A stretch of 33,876 bases of DNA from an uncultured Spirochaetaceae bacterium (GCA_964346995.1 CAYFXT010000003.1:1-33876); one strand, 5' to 3'; counted from the stretch's first letter, positions 9,874 through 19,664 are shown. Notes: generated by a model from the sequence alone, not told the origin. Translations and numbers: made by a program.

Positions 9874-10164
9874 TCAGGCTACCACCACCCGCCTGATACC
9901 CTGCGGAACGCCGTATACCCCGAACAATTTACGCAGATCGTCGATGGAATAGGATTGGCCGGTACGCTGCTCCATCGTGCCGCGTACCAGTTCCATTTCC
10001 TCGGCCTTGCCGGAGAACTCGGCCGAGCAGAACGCCGCCTTGAAGAGCCCCTGCTCCAGAAGCTGTGCAGTAGTAAGGGTGCCGTAACGACGCCGCTGAC
10101 GGCCATGCACCACCGCGTGCTCTCCATCGTACCCGATTACAAACAGAAAATCTGCGCGCTTCAC
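9874..10164 (-). CDS. Small hypothetical protein (~96 aa) between groEL and yajC
   Basis: The frame has ordinary protein composition and GC3 bias (VKRADFLFVIGYDGEHAVVHGRQRRRYGTLTTAQLLEQGLFKAAF...SIDDLRKLFGVYGVPQGI). The ORF-track start at 10476 overlaps groEL. The first start codon beyond the groEL stop that I favour is GTG at 10164. No ATG and no clear Shine-Dalgarno sequence are available. I do not recognise a family. Confidence 0.4.
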   Translation of the reverse strand: MKRADFLFVIGYDGEHAVVHGRQRRRYGTLTTAQLLEQGLFKAAFCSAEFSGKAEEMELVRGTMEQRTGQSYSIDDLRKLFGVYGVPQGIRRVVVA

Positions 10165-10286
10165 TCGACAAGCAAAAGGACGCTGACGCCTCGGTAACGG
10201 ACACGCCCTTCTTCGTAAGGTGGATGCGACCACCGGGAGCCTGGTCGGATTGTGACCGGCTCCCGGTGCAGGCCGGTTTGGGGGCG

Positions 10287-11954
<1,668 letters not shown>

Positions 11955-11965
11955 TTAGATTTGGT

Positions 11966-12013
11966 GATGATAAGAATCGACGAGAAGATAACAACAGCGG
12001 AGCGGCGAAGCAA
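11966..12013 (-). promoter_or_regulatory. AT-rich groEL promoter region with two overlapping sigma70-like candidates
   Basis: The first minus-strand candidate is TTGCTT (12013->12008), a 17-nt spacer and TATCTT (11990->11985). The second is TTGTTA, a 16-nt spacer and TATCAT (~11972->11967). This is the most AT-rich patch in the window. I found no CIRCE inverted repeat. Confidence 0.4.
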
Positions 12014-12114
12014 CACTTTGCTACGCCGGGGTGCGCACCCGAACTGTGGATGGCCGGTCAGGCGACCCGCTGAAGCGGTACTGGCCCTGGCTACCCACAA
12101 TTGGAATCGCACCC

Positions 12115-12924
12115 CTACGCCGGCGGAGGGCCGGCCGGGAGGCGCAGACTGCCGGCGTGACAGACATGGCGCCTGCCGTCAGCGCCCTGCACGCACAGGC
12201 CTCCGCCGGCGGCGACACCGACCACCCGGGCGCGGCCCGGACCCCCGTTCCCCGCGGCTTCGAGCTGCACCCACGCGCCGCGCGCAAACAGCAGCCGATC
12301 GACCGCCTCCGCCCAGTCGGTTTCCGCCAGCAGGCGGTGCAGCTCCGCAAGGATCGCCTCCAGCAGAATCCAGCGCCGTGCGCGGCGACCGCTCTGCAGC
12401 GCGATGGACGAAATCGGCAGCTCCCCGGCGCCGGCGCGCGGCAGACCGCGGCACTGATTGCAAGTCACGCCCACGCCGATGCTGTACCAGCCGTGCAGGC
12501 CCTCGCACAGGCAGCCGGCGATCTTGCATCCGCGTACCACGACGTCGTTGGGCCACTTCACCCGGCACGGCAGACCGCTCACCTCCCGCACCGCGCGTGC
12601 CACCGCCAAGCCGGCCAGCAGCGGCAGCCGCTGCGCATCGGCGCCCACTGTGGCGGTACGCAGCAGGAGGTTGAACAGCAGATTACGGTTCGGGGCGCTC
12701 ACCCAGCGGCGCTGCACCGTGCGGCCGCGCCCGTGGGTCTGAAAGTCGGCGACGATCAGCGCCCCGTCCGCGGGATTCTCGCGCGCCAACCTGCGGGCGT
12801 CTTCGACGGTGGATCGGGTGCGTCGCAGGTGGTACTGTGGCGCGGCCGGCCATGGCGAGGCAATGCGCAGCCGGCGCTGCGGCCAGCGCGGCGGTTCCTC
12901 GAGTACTGCTGCGCGGCGGTGCAT
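12115..12924 (-). CDS. birA: Biotin--protein ligase family protein (group I BirA-like, no N-terminal HTH)
   Basis: It carries GRGRTVQRRWVSAP (the GRGRxGRxW-type loop) and the KWPNDVVV motif, followed by a C-terminal SH3-like tail. Its ATG at 12924 is 6 nt after the E2 stop. Confidence 0.8.
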   Translation of the reverse strand: MHRRAAVLEEPPRWPQRRLRIASPWPAAPQYHLRRTRSTVEDARRLARENPADGALIVADFQTHGRGRTVQRRWVSAPNRNLLFNLLLRTATVGADAQRLPLLAGLAVARAVREVSGLPCRVKWPNDVVVRGCKIAGCLCEGLHGWYSIGVGVTCNQCRGLPRAGAGELPISSIALQSGRRARRWILLEAILAELHRLLAETDWAEAVDRLLFARGAWVQLEAAGNGGPGRARVVGVAAGGGLCVQGADGRRHVCHAGSLRLPAGPPPA

Positions 12925-12930
12925 GGACCG

Positions 12931-14445
12931 CTACATCGACACGAACAGCTCCTGCGGCGCGCGCAGCAGCTCCAGGAAGTAGGAGGAGAACTTCGCCGCC
13001 GGTACGCCGTCCACGACGCGATGGTCGAAGGCCAGGGACACCGGCAGCACCCACGCCGCGCGCACCACGCCATCGACCACCATCGGCGCCTGATGGATGC
13101 GGCCAGCGCCAAGGATCGCGACCTGCGGCGGGTAGATCATCGGGGACGCGAACAGCCCGCCGAAGGGCCCGAAGTTGGTGAGACTGAACGTGCCGCCGCG
13201 CAGCTCCGTGATGCTGATCTGCCGCCCTTTGGCGCGCTCTACCATATCCTTCATCTCGGTGTCGATCTGCCGGATCGTCTTGTTCTCGACGTTGTCGATC
13301 ACCGGCACCATCAACCCCGCCTCGGTGTTCACCGCCAAGCCGATGTTGACGTCCTTGAATACGGTCAGCTCCTCGGACACCGGGTTGAAGTGCGCGTTGA
13401 GCACCGGATAGCGGCGCAGCGCCGTGGCGATCGCTTTCATGAAGAACGGCTGAAAGCTCACCCTGACGTCACGGCCCTGGTTGACCTTGGCACGCAGCTC
13501 CACCAGATCGTCCACAATCCCCAGGTCGAAGATGGTGGCCGTCGGTATCTTGCGGCTGCTCTCCATGGTGTGCGCGATGGTCTTGCGCAGAATGGTGAGC
13601 TCCACCGTCTGACCGAGCGGAAGATCGGCGGGCGTGACCAGGGGATCGTCGATGAGCGGAAAAGCGAAGTCGGAACGCCCCGGCGGGCGGGCGGGAATGG
13701 GCGGGGCAGCGGTCCGGGGCGCGGATGCGGCACGTTCTACGTCGCCACGCAGAATGTGCCCGCCGGCGCGGCCCGGACGTACCTGGCGCAGGGCGACGCC
13801 CAGGTCGCGCGCCAGCCGCCGCGCCGCAGGCGTAACCCGCAGGTCCTGACCCGAAAGTTCCGACCCGGTGGTGCCGGTGCGTCGATCCTGATCGCCTTCC
13901 GTATCGCGGAGTGGCGTCGCCGACTCGTCCTGTTGCGCCGTTCGGGCGGCTCCATCGCGCGCATCGGTCGTGGCAGGGCCGTGCGCTGCACTGGAGCCCT
14001 GACCCGAAAATGCTGGCCCGAGGGCGATGTCGATGCGACGACTTCGATCATCTTCCGCGTCAAGGAGCGGCCGTGCCGAGTCCTGCGCGGGCAGCTCGTC
14101 GCTCGCCGGCAGGGTGCTCGGCGCAGCGTCGAGGGTGCCTACCAGCACCTGCAACTGGTGGCCACCGTTGGTGGTGGAACCACCGTCGCCGGCGGCCGCC
14201 GACCCGGCGGCCAGATCGATGTAGGCCAGCGTCTCACCCACCTTGATGTGCTCGCCCACCGCAGAGCCGAACGCCACCACGACGCCGCTGCGGGGCGAGG
14301 CGATCTCCGCCGCCACCTTGTCGGTCTCGACGATGGCCAGGATGTCGCCGGCGTTCACCTCCGCACCCGGCTGCACCCTCAACTCGAGGATCTTTCCCTC
14401 GGTGAGGCCCTCGCCGATGTCGGGAAACTTGAATTCGTAACTCAT
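12931..14445 (-). CDS. Dihydrolipoamide acyltransferase (E2) of a 2-oxo-acid dehydrogenase complex
   Basis: It has an N-terminal lipoyl domain (FKFPDIGEGLTEGKILELRV...IVETDKVAAEI). It also has a peripheral-subunit-binding domain (TPAARRLARDLGVALRQVRPGRAGGHILRGDVE) and a catalytic domain ending in DHRVVDG. I place the start at the ATG at 14445, which has a GAGG Shine-Dalgarno sequence. The ORF-track start at 14526 overlaps E1 beta. Confidence 0.93.
   Translation of the reverse strand: MSYEFKFPDIGEGLTEGKILELRVQPGAEVNAGDILAIVETDKVAAEIASPRSGVVVAFGSAVGEHIKVGETLAYIDLAAGSAAAGDGGSTTNGGHQLQVLVGTLDAAPSTLPASDELPAQDSARPLLDAEDDRSRRIDIALGPAFSGQGSSAAHGPATTDARDGAARTAQQDESATPLRDTEGDQDRRTGTTGSELSGQDLRVTPAARRLARDLGVALRQVRPGRAGGHILRGDVERAASAPRTAAPPIPARPPGRSDFAFPLIDDPLVTPADLPLGQTVELTILRKTIAHTMESSRKIPTATIFDLGIVDDLVELRAKVNQGRDVRVSFQPFFMKAIATALRRYPVLNAHFNPVSEELTVFKDVNIGLAVNTEAGLMVPVIDNVENKTIRQIDTEMKDMVERAKGRQISITELRGGTFSLTNFGPFGGLFASPMIYPPQVAILGAGRIHQAPMVVDGVVRAAWVLPVSLAFDHRVVDGVPAAKFSSYFLELLRAPQELFVSM
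13845..14065 (-). repeat. Imperfect 153-nt-period duplication inside the E2 inter-domain linker
   Basis: CCTGACCCGAAA occurs at 13845-13856 and again at 13998-14009, 51 codons apart. It is followed by about 60 nt that I align by eye as similar. The encoded peptides are ...LRDTEGDQDRRTGTTGSELSGQDL and ...LLDAEDDRSRRIDIALGPAFSGQGS. Confidence 0.6.
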
Positions 14446-14491
14446 GGGCTTTACCTCAAAATCGACCGGACGGCGGCGTAGACCAGTCGCA

Positions 14492-15469
14492 TCAGAACTC
14501 CACCGTCTCGCGAACCGCGTCGACAATGTGCTCTGCGGTCAGGAAGTAGAAGTGTTCCGCCGACGGCAGCGGAATGACCGCGTCGCTGCCGGTGACTCGC
14601 CGCGGTGGCGCGTGCAGATACATGAACAGCTCCTCCGTGACCAGGGCGATCAACTCCGCCGCCACACCGAACGAGCGCGGTCCCTCGTGCACCACCACCA
14701 GGCGTCCGGTCTTGCGCGCCGACTCCAGCACCGTCGTGCAGTCGTACGGATAGATGGTGCGCAGATCGATCAGCTCGACGCCGATCCGCCGGCCGTGCAA
14801 ATGGGCCGTGGCGGCGCGCGCCTCGCGCATCATCGCCCCGTACGCGACCAGGGTAACGGCATCGCCGGACCGTTCCACCCGCGCGCGGCCGAGAGGCAGG
14901 GCGTAGGGCGTCTCGGGAATCTCCTGTTGCGGCGAGTGGTAGGAACGCTTCGGCTCCATGTAGATCACCGGATCGGGATCGCGAATCGCGGCCAGCAGCA
15001 GTCCCTTGGCATCGTGCGGCGTGGAGGGGATCACCACCTTGAGCCCGGGCACGTGCGCGAACGTCGCCTCCATGCTTTCGACATGATGCTCGAGCGCCTT
15101 CAGATTGCCGCCATAGGGCATTCGAATGACCATCGGCAGGGTGAGGGCGCCGCGGCTGCGGTTACGCGTGCGCGCGGCGTGGCAGGTGATCTGGTTGAAC
15201 GCCGGCCACACGAAGCCGCTGAACTGGATCTCGACGACCGGCTTGAGCCCGGCCATCGCCATGCCGACCGCGGTACCCACCAAGCCGCTCTCGGCGAGCG
15301 GCGAGTCGAAGCAACGACGGCTGCCGAAGCGCTGCTGCAGGCCGACCGTGGCCTGGAAGACGCCGCCGTTGACGCCGATGTCCTGGCCGTATACGACCAC
15401 CGCGTCATCTTCCTGCAGCGCCTCGGCCAGAGCCGCGTTGACGGCTGCGAGCAACGTCGCCGACCTCAT
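14492..15469 (-). CDS. 2-oxo-acid dehydrogenase E1 component, beta subunit
   Basis: Full-length similarity to PdhB/BkdA2/AcoB-type beta subunits (VVYGQDIGVNGGVF..., FDSPLAESGLVGTAVGMAMAGLKPVVEIQF, TLVAYGAMM). Its ATG overlaps the E1 alpha stop (ATGA at 15466-15469). Confidence 0.93.
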   Translation of the reverse strand: MRSATLLAAVNAALAEALQEDDAVVVYGQDIGVNGGVFQATVGLQQRFGSRRCFDSPLAESGLVGTAVGMAMAGLKPVVEIQFSGFVWPAFNQITCHAARTRNRSRGALTLPMVIRMPYGGNLKALEHHVESMEATFAHVPGLKVVIPSTPHDAKGLLLAAIRDPDPVIYMEPKRSYHSPQQEIPETPYALPLGRARVERSGDAVTLVAYGAMMREARAATAHLHGRRIGVELIDLRTIYPYDCTTVLESARKTGRLVVVHEGPRSFGVAAELIALVTEELFMYLHAPPRRVTGSDAVIPLPSAEHFYFLTAEHIVDAVRETVEF

Positions 15470-16533
15470 GTTCCGGTTCGCTCCAATCGCCGGCGCCGCT
15501 CGGCCAACTGCCGCTGCAGCAGTTCCGGCATGTCCGCGTACACGTAGCGAAACGTATCCTCCAGAACAGGTCTCTCGAACTGCTCCACGGCATCGAACTC
15601 ACCGCGCGCCCGTTCGCGTGCCGCGGCGGTTATCTCCGCCAATTCCGCGTCGTCCATCAATCCACGACTGACCAGCAGCCTTTGCAGGCGCACGATCGGA
15701 TCACGGTTCTTCCACTCGGCCACCTCATTGGCCTCGCGATAGCGGGTCGGGTCATCGGAGGTGGTGTGGGGGCCGATGCGATAGGTGACTCCCTCGATCA
15801 GGGTCGGTCCGCCGCCGGCACGCGCCTTCCGTGCCGCGGCGGCGGTAACCGCGTGCACCGCGACCACGTCATTGCCGTCTACCTGCACACCCTCGAAGCC
15901 GTACGCGGTGGCCTTCTGCGCAAGCGTTGCGCTGGCTGTCTGCTGGTCACGGTGCACGGAAATCGCGTAGTGGTTGTTCTGCACGAAGAAGATGGTGCCC
16001 GCCTTCCACAGGCCGGCAAAGTTCAGCGCCTCGTGGAAGTCGCCCTCCGAAGTGCCGCCGTCACCGACGAATCCGATGGCGATACGGTCGTTGCCCTGAT
16101 ACTGCTCGGCGAATGCCAGACCGACGGCATGCGGAAGCTGCGAGCCGATCGGCAGCACGATCGGCGTGAGATGGTACCGCTCCCGCTCGTAGGCGCTACC
16201 GTGCTCGTTGCCCAGCCAGTAGAGGTAGAACTGCTTCAATGGTACCCCGCGTACCAGCAGGCCGCCGAGCTCGCGGTAGGTGGGGACGATCCAGTCGTCC
16301 GCACGCAGCGCCATCACCGCGCCGACGCTATTCGCCTCCTGGCCGGTAGCAGGCGGATAGGTGCCGAGGCGTCCCTGGCGGTTCAGGCTGAACGCCCACT
16401 CGTCGGCGGCGCGTGCCTGGACCATGTGCCGATACGCGGTGCGCATCTGCTCATCGCTCATCGCGCAGGCGCCGTAGTCGGCGTGGTCGGTCAAGGTACC
16501 GTCCGGCGCCAGCATCCGTACCATCCGGCTCAC
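15466..16533 (-). CDS. 2-oxo-acid dehydrogenase E1 component, alpha subunit (ThDP-dependent)
   Basis: It carries the ThDP-binding motif GDGGTSEGDFHEALNFAG...VQNNHYAIS and N-terminal LNRQGRLGTYPPATGQEA. The GTG start at 16533 has GAGGAG 5 nt upstream and overlaps the stop of the preceding ORF (GTGA). Confidence 0.92.
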   Translation of the reverse strand: MSRMVRMLAPDGTLTDHADYGACAMSDEQMRTAYRHMVQARAADEWAFSLNRQGRLGTYPPATGQEANSVGAVMALRADDWIVPTYRELGGLLVRGVPLKQFYLYWLGNEHGSAYERERYHLTPIVLPIGSQLPHAVGLAFAEQYQGNDRIAIGFVGDGGTSEGDFHEALNFAGLWKAGTIFFVQNNHYAISVHRDQQTASATLAQKATAYGFEGVQVDGNDVVAVHAVTAAAARKARAGGGPTLIEGVTYRIGPHTTSDDPTRYREANEVAEWKNRDPIVRLQRLLVSRGLMDDAELAEITAAARERARGEFDAVEQFERPVLEDTFRYVYADMPELLQRQLAERRRRLERTGT

Positions 16534-16997
16534 CGCCGCTCCTCGCGTCCCACGACCGCGGGACGGGCACTACGGCTCAGGACGAATCCGGTCTGCACGA
16601 TCCGGATCAACTCGACGGCGGCTTCCACCACCCGTTTCAGACTGTCGTTGATGCGTTGCTCCTCACTGGCATCGATTACGTCGTCGCCATCCAGCGACTC
16701 GGTGATCGCCAGGTTCAGTTGCGCCACGGCGCCGATGAGAAGCGACATCTGGCGCGACAAGTGCTTGTACGAGAAGGCAGCCTTGGTCTCCGCGACGCGC
16801 GCTATCGACTCCATATGACCGAGGATGTTGCGCAGGGAGTGCACCATGCGCGGATTGGGGTTGGCCTCCAACTCCAGGCGCCAGTTCTCCAGCCGCGTCA
16901 TCGCCTTGGTGAGCAGGTCCTGCAGGTCGGCATTGGAGGGTAGCCGACGCTCGTGTGGATACTGCACCTTTACAAAGGGTATGTCATTTGCCATCAT
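16530..16997 (-). CDS. Hypothetical helical protein (~155 aa), first cistron of the dehydrogenase operon
   Basis: GC3 bias is strong from about codon 14 onward, and there are no transmembrane segments. Its stop overlaps the E1 alpha GTG. I place the start at the ATG-ATG at 16997/16994, because the ORF-track start at 17024 would run into tRNA-Cys. I do not recognise a family. Confidence 0.65.
   Translation of the reverse strand: MMANDIPFVKVQYPHERRLPSNADLQDLLTKAMTRLENWRLELEANPNPRMVHSLRNILGHMESIARVAETKAAFSYKHLSRQMSLLIGAVAQLNLAITESLDGDDVIDASEEQRINDSLKRVVEAAVELIRIVQTGFVLSRSARPAVVGREERR
16969..16997 (+). promoter_or_regulatory. Candidate tRNA-Cys promoter embedded in the first codons of the divergent ORF
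   Basis: The plus strand has TTTACA (16969-16974), a 17-nt spacer and CATCAT (16992-16997). This would place a transcription start a few nt before the tRNA 5' end at 17011. The -10 element is weak. Motif match only. Confidence 0.25.
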
Positions 16998-17010
16998 CGC
17001 GACAACCTTC

Positions 17011-17082
17011 GGCGCCGTACCCAAGTGGTAAGGGAGAGGTCTGCAAAACCTTTATGCACCGGTTCGATTCCGGTCGGCGCCT
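17011..17082 (+). tRNA. tRNA-Cys (anticodon GCA)
   Basis: I folded the cloverleaf by hand. The acceptor stem is GGCGCCG/CGGCGCC and the D stem is CCC/GGG. The anticodon stem is GAGGT/ACCTT with loop CU-GCA-AA. The T arm is ACCGG-TTCGATT-CCGGT. The discriminator is U, which is the tRNA-Cys identity base. CCA is not encoded. Confidence 0.95.
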
Positions 17083-17107
17083 TGCTCATCCCGCCGTGCT
17101 CTCCCCG

Positions 17108-17923
17108 CTATCGGCCAGTGAGGGGGGTAACGGCGAAATAGGCGCGGAGAAACCGGCTCACCCCCTCTTCATCGTTGGAGTAGAGGGTGATAGCCCGTGC
17201 GCGGGAACGTACCGCGGCCGGCGCATGGCGCATTGCCACTGGAAACCGCACCGCCTCCAGCAGCGGAATGTCGTTCATCCAGTCCCCGATGAACATGGTT
17301 CCCGCGAGGGGAACGTGCAGGTGCCGGGCGATCGCCTGGACACCGCGCAACTTGCTGCAACCGGCGCTGCGCACGAACAGATTGTAGAACCCGCGGAACG
17401 GCTCTTCGGTGAGGTAGAGGCTGAGTCCGCGCCGGGCGAGGTCGCGAAGGCGACGGGCGGTGGCCGCCAGCGCGGCCCGGTCGCGGTCGACGAAGACCAG
17501 GTGCGTCACCCGGCGCAGACGGGCAGCGGCAAGCGCGCCGACCCGATCCGACCAGTCGACGTACTGCGCCCGGTCCACCGGGCCGCGCACCAGGGTGACG
17601 CCGTCGGCGATGGCGTAGCAAGGCGCGTCGCTGACGCCGAGCAGCCGCTCCGCCATGCGGTCGTCGATGGTAGTACCGGCGACCCATCGTTCGCCGGCGG
17701 CGGTAGAGTGCACGGCGCCGTCCAGACACACCATCGGCAACCGTATGGGTTCGAGACAGCGCGCCGTGATAGCCGGCGCCTTGCCGGTGACGACGACGAT
17801 CTGCAGGCGGCGTGCCAGCAGGGCGTGCAGCGTGGCCAGCGTACCCCGGGTGATCCGCTTGTCGCTGGTCAACAGGGTTCCGTCCATGTCGAGGGCCAGG
17901 GTCGAAATTTCGCACGGCGCCAT
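17108..17923 (-). CDS. HAD-superfamily hydrolase, Cof-type (HAD-IIB) phosphatase
   Basis: Motif I is LALDMDGTLL, motif IV is FIGDWMNDIPLLE, and a cap region lies between them. The start is an ATG at 17923. Confidence 0.85.
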   Translation of the reverse strand: MAPCEISTLALDMDGTLLTSDKRITRGTLATLHALLARRLQIVVVTGKAPAITARCLEPIRLPMVCLDGAVHSTAAGERWVAGTTIDDRMAERLLGVSDAPCYAIADGVTLVRGPVDRAQYVDWSDRVGALAAARLRRVTHLVFVDRDRAALAATARRLRDLARRGLSLYLTEEPFRGFYNLFVRSAGCSKLRGVQAIARHLHVPLAGTMFIGDWMNDIPLLEAVRFPVAMRHAPAAVRSRARAITLYSNDEEGVSRFLRAYFAVTPLTGR

Positions 17924-17988
17924 GCGGCGCCGATGTTGGCACGGCGCCAGCGACTCTGTCGAGGCGAACGGGCTGCTGCCTGCTCGCT

Positions 17989-19629
17989 TCAGTACACGCC
18001 GAGGATGGTCAACCCGCTCCAGCGCGCCGTGTAGGACGACAGGCGCCCGACCGCCTCCTCGTGGTGCATCTGCAGCGTGCCCAGGTCGGGACGGCGCACG
18101 GTGCGGCCCTGCGGATCCAGCTTGCCGGTGGCGATCAGCCCCTTGGAGAGGGCCAGATGGCGATTGTCCAGGTTGCCGAAGTAGTAGACGACCGTATCGA
18201 GGTCGGCAGCGAGCGGCAGCAGCTCGGCGCCGGCGGCGAGGGCCGGATCGACCGGCACCCAGCCGAAGTGGTGCAGATAGAACTCGCTCCAGAAGTGTGC
18301 GTGGCGCTGGTCCGGGAAGGGTACCAGATAGCCCGCTACCGCGCGCGCCGGCACGGCGGCGGCGCGCAGCAACGCCGTATAGAGAACGGCGAGATCATAG
18401 GCGTCGCCGGCGCCAGCCGCCAGCGCAGCGAGCGGGTCGGCGGCGCGCCGGGCATCATAGGTAACACGCCGCAACAGTCCGTCGTAGAGCTGCCGGGCGC
18501 GACGCCACGGGTTACGCTGTCCGCGGGTAAGGCGCTCGGCCAAGGCGACGATCTGCGCGTCGGCGGCGGGGATCAGATCATCGGCGCCGGTGAACACTTG
18601 GTACGCGCGCGCCGTGCGATCGTAGGGCTCCACCGACCGCTCCGCTACCACGGTCTCCACGGCATAACGTTCGAACAGGAACTGCTGGGTCACGTCGTAG
18701 ACACCGCCGGGGACCAGATCGGCAAGGTGATACACGGCTACGCCCGAGACATCCTCGTACAGGGGCTCGGGCTCGCGCGTAACCAGCCGCACATTGCGCT
18801 GCGCGGGTGCCGGCCATACCTTCGGAACCCACAGATACATCTCGTTGGGTCCGGTGGCACGGATGTTGGCGACCGACAGATTCATGCTCACCGAGTAGGT
18901 ACGCCGTCCGGTGTAGCGCTTGCTGCCGACGCCTGAGGTCACCTCGAAGAAGACCTGATTGCTGAATCCTTCTTCGGTTCGGACTACAAGGTTGCCGGTG
19001 GCTGCGCCGTCCGGCACGCGGACCTGGATCTCGGTATCGGACCAGCTCTCGTAATCCAGATCGTGTTCGTTGGCGGCGACGAACTCCGCCGTCCCGGCGC
19101 CGACTACCGGTGGGTCTCCCGACAACCAGGTGAACAGCACCTGCGCTGCGCCGCGCTGCAGACCGAAGTTGTGGCCCGTGATCACCACCCGCTCGCCTAC
19201 CGCCGCGCGCGCGGAGTCCAGGCTCACGACCAGCGGGCGGCCTGGTTCGGTCAGCGTCATACCCACCCGTGGCAAGTGGTCGCGGTTGGCGAACAGCACG
19301 CCGTTGCTGCGGCTGCCGCCGGCCACCACGTATACGAATCCCGAACGCACCTCCTGCGGTACGCGTACGCTGATCCGTTCTTCGCTCCACTCCAGGTAGG
19401 CGCCGCTCGTGGGCGCCACTCCCGCGATCACCACCTGACCGCCGCTGCGCTCCGCTCCGAAGCCGCGCCCGCTGACGATCAGGACGTCGCCGCCGTGACC
19501 GATGCGCGGGCTGGCGGCATCGATCACCGGCGGGCGGCTGCGCGAGCCCAACAGCAACACGCCCAGCAGCACCGCCAGCGCCACCGCCGGCAGCAGCGCC
19601 CGCACCCGGGGCGAAAGAGACACCACCAC
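17989..19629 (-). CDS. Exported/anchored protein with two IPT/TIG domains and a C-terminal transglutaminase-like core lacking the catalytic Cys
   Basis: It has an N-terminal hydrophobic anchor (RVRALLPAVALAVLLGVLLLG). Two IPT-like modules are present (GDVLIVSGRGFG..., GERVVITGHNFG...). The transglutaminase core reads GDAYDLAVLYTALLRAAAVPARAVAGY...AHFWSEFY...GWVPVDPA. The start is uncertain: I use the GTG triplet at 19629-19621, because the ORF-track start at 19866 overlaps the upstream gene. Confidence 0.75.
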   Translation of the reverse strand: MVVSLSPRVRALLPAVALAVLLGVLLLGSRSRPPVIDAASPRIGHGGDVLIVSGRGFGAERSGGQVVIAGVAPTSGAYLEWSEERISVRVPQEVRSGFVYVVAGGSRSNGVLFANRDHLPRVGMTLTEPGRPLVVSLDSARAAVGERVVITGHNFGLQRGAAQVLFTWLSGDPPVVGAGTAEFVAANEHDLDYESWSDTEIQVRVPDGAATGNLVVRTEEGFSNQVFFEVTSGVGSKRYTGRRTYSVSMNLSVANIRATGPNEMYLWVPKVWPAPAQRNVRLVTREPEPLYEDVSGVAVYHLADLVPGGVYDVTQQFLFERYAVETVVAERSVEPYDRTARAYQVFTGADDLIPAADAQIVALAERLTRGQRNPWRRARQLYDGLLRRVTYDARRAADPLAALAAGAGDAYDLAVLYTALLRAAAVPARAVAGYLVPFPDQRHAHFWSEFYLHHFGWVPVDPALAAGAELLPLAADLDTVVYYFGNLDNRHLALSKGLIATGKLDPQGRTVRRPDLGTLQMHHEEAVGRLSSYTARWSGLTILGVY

Positions 19630-19664
19630 CGGGATGTGGTCGGAGACCGCGCCGCGCGGCGCCG

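Noticed and set aside
12031-14481. An 816-aa plus-strand ORF, the longest in the window.
   Set aside because: It is antisense to the BirA-like and E2 genes. Its composition is low-complexity and Arg-rich, and I recognise no domain. It is a mirror-frame artefact of high GC3 on the opposite strand.
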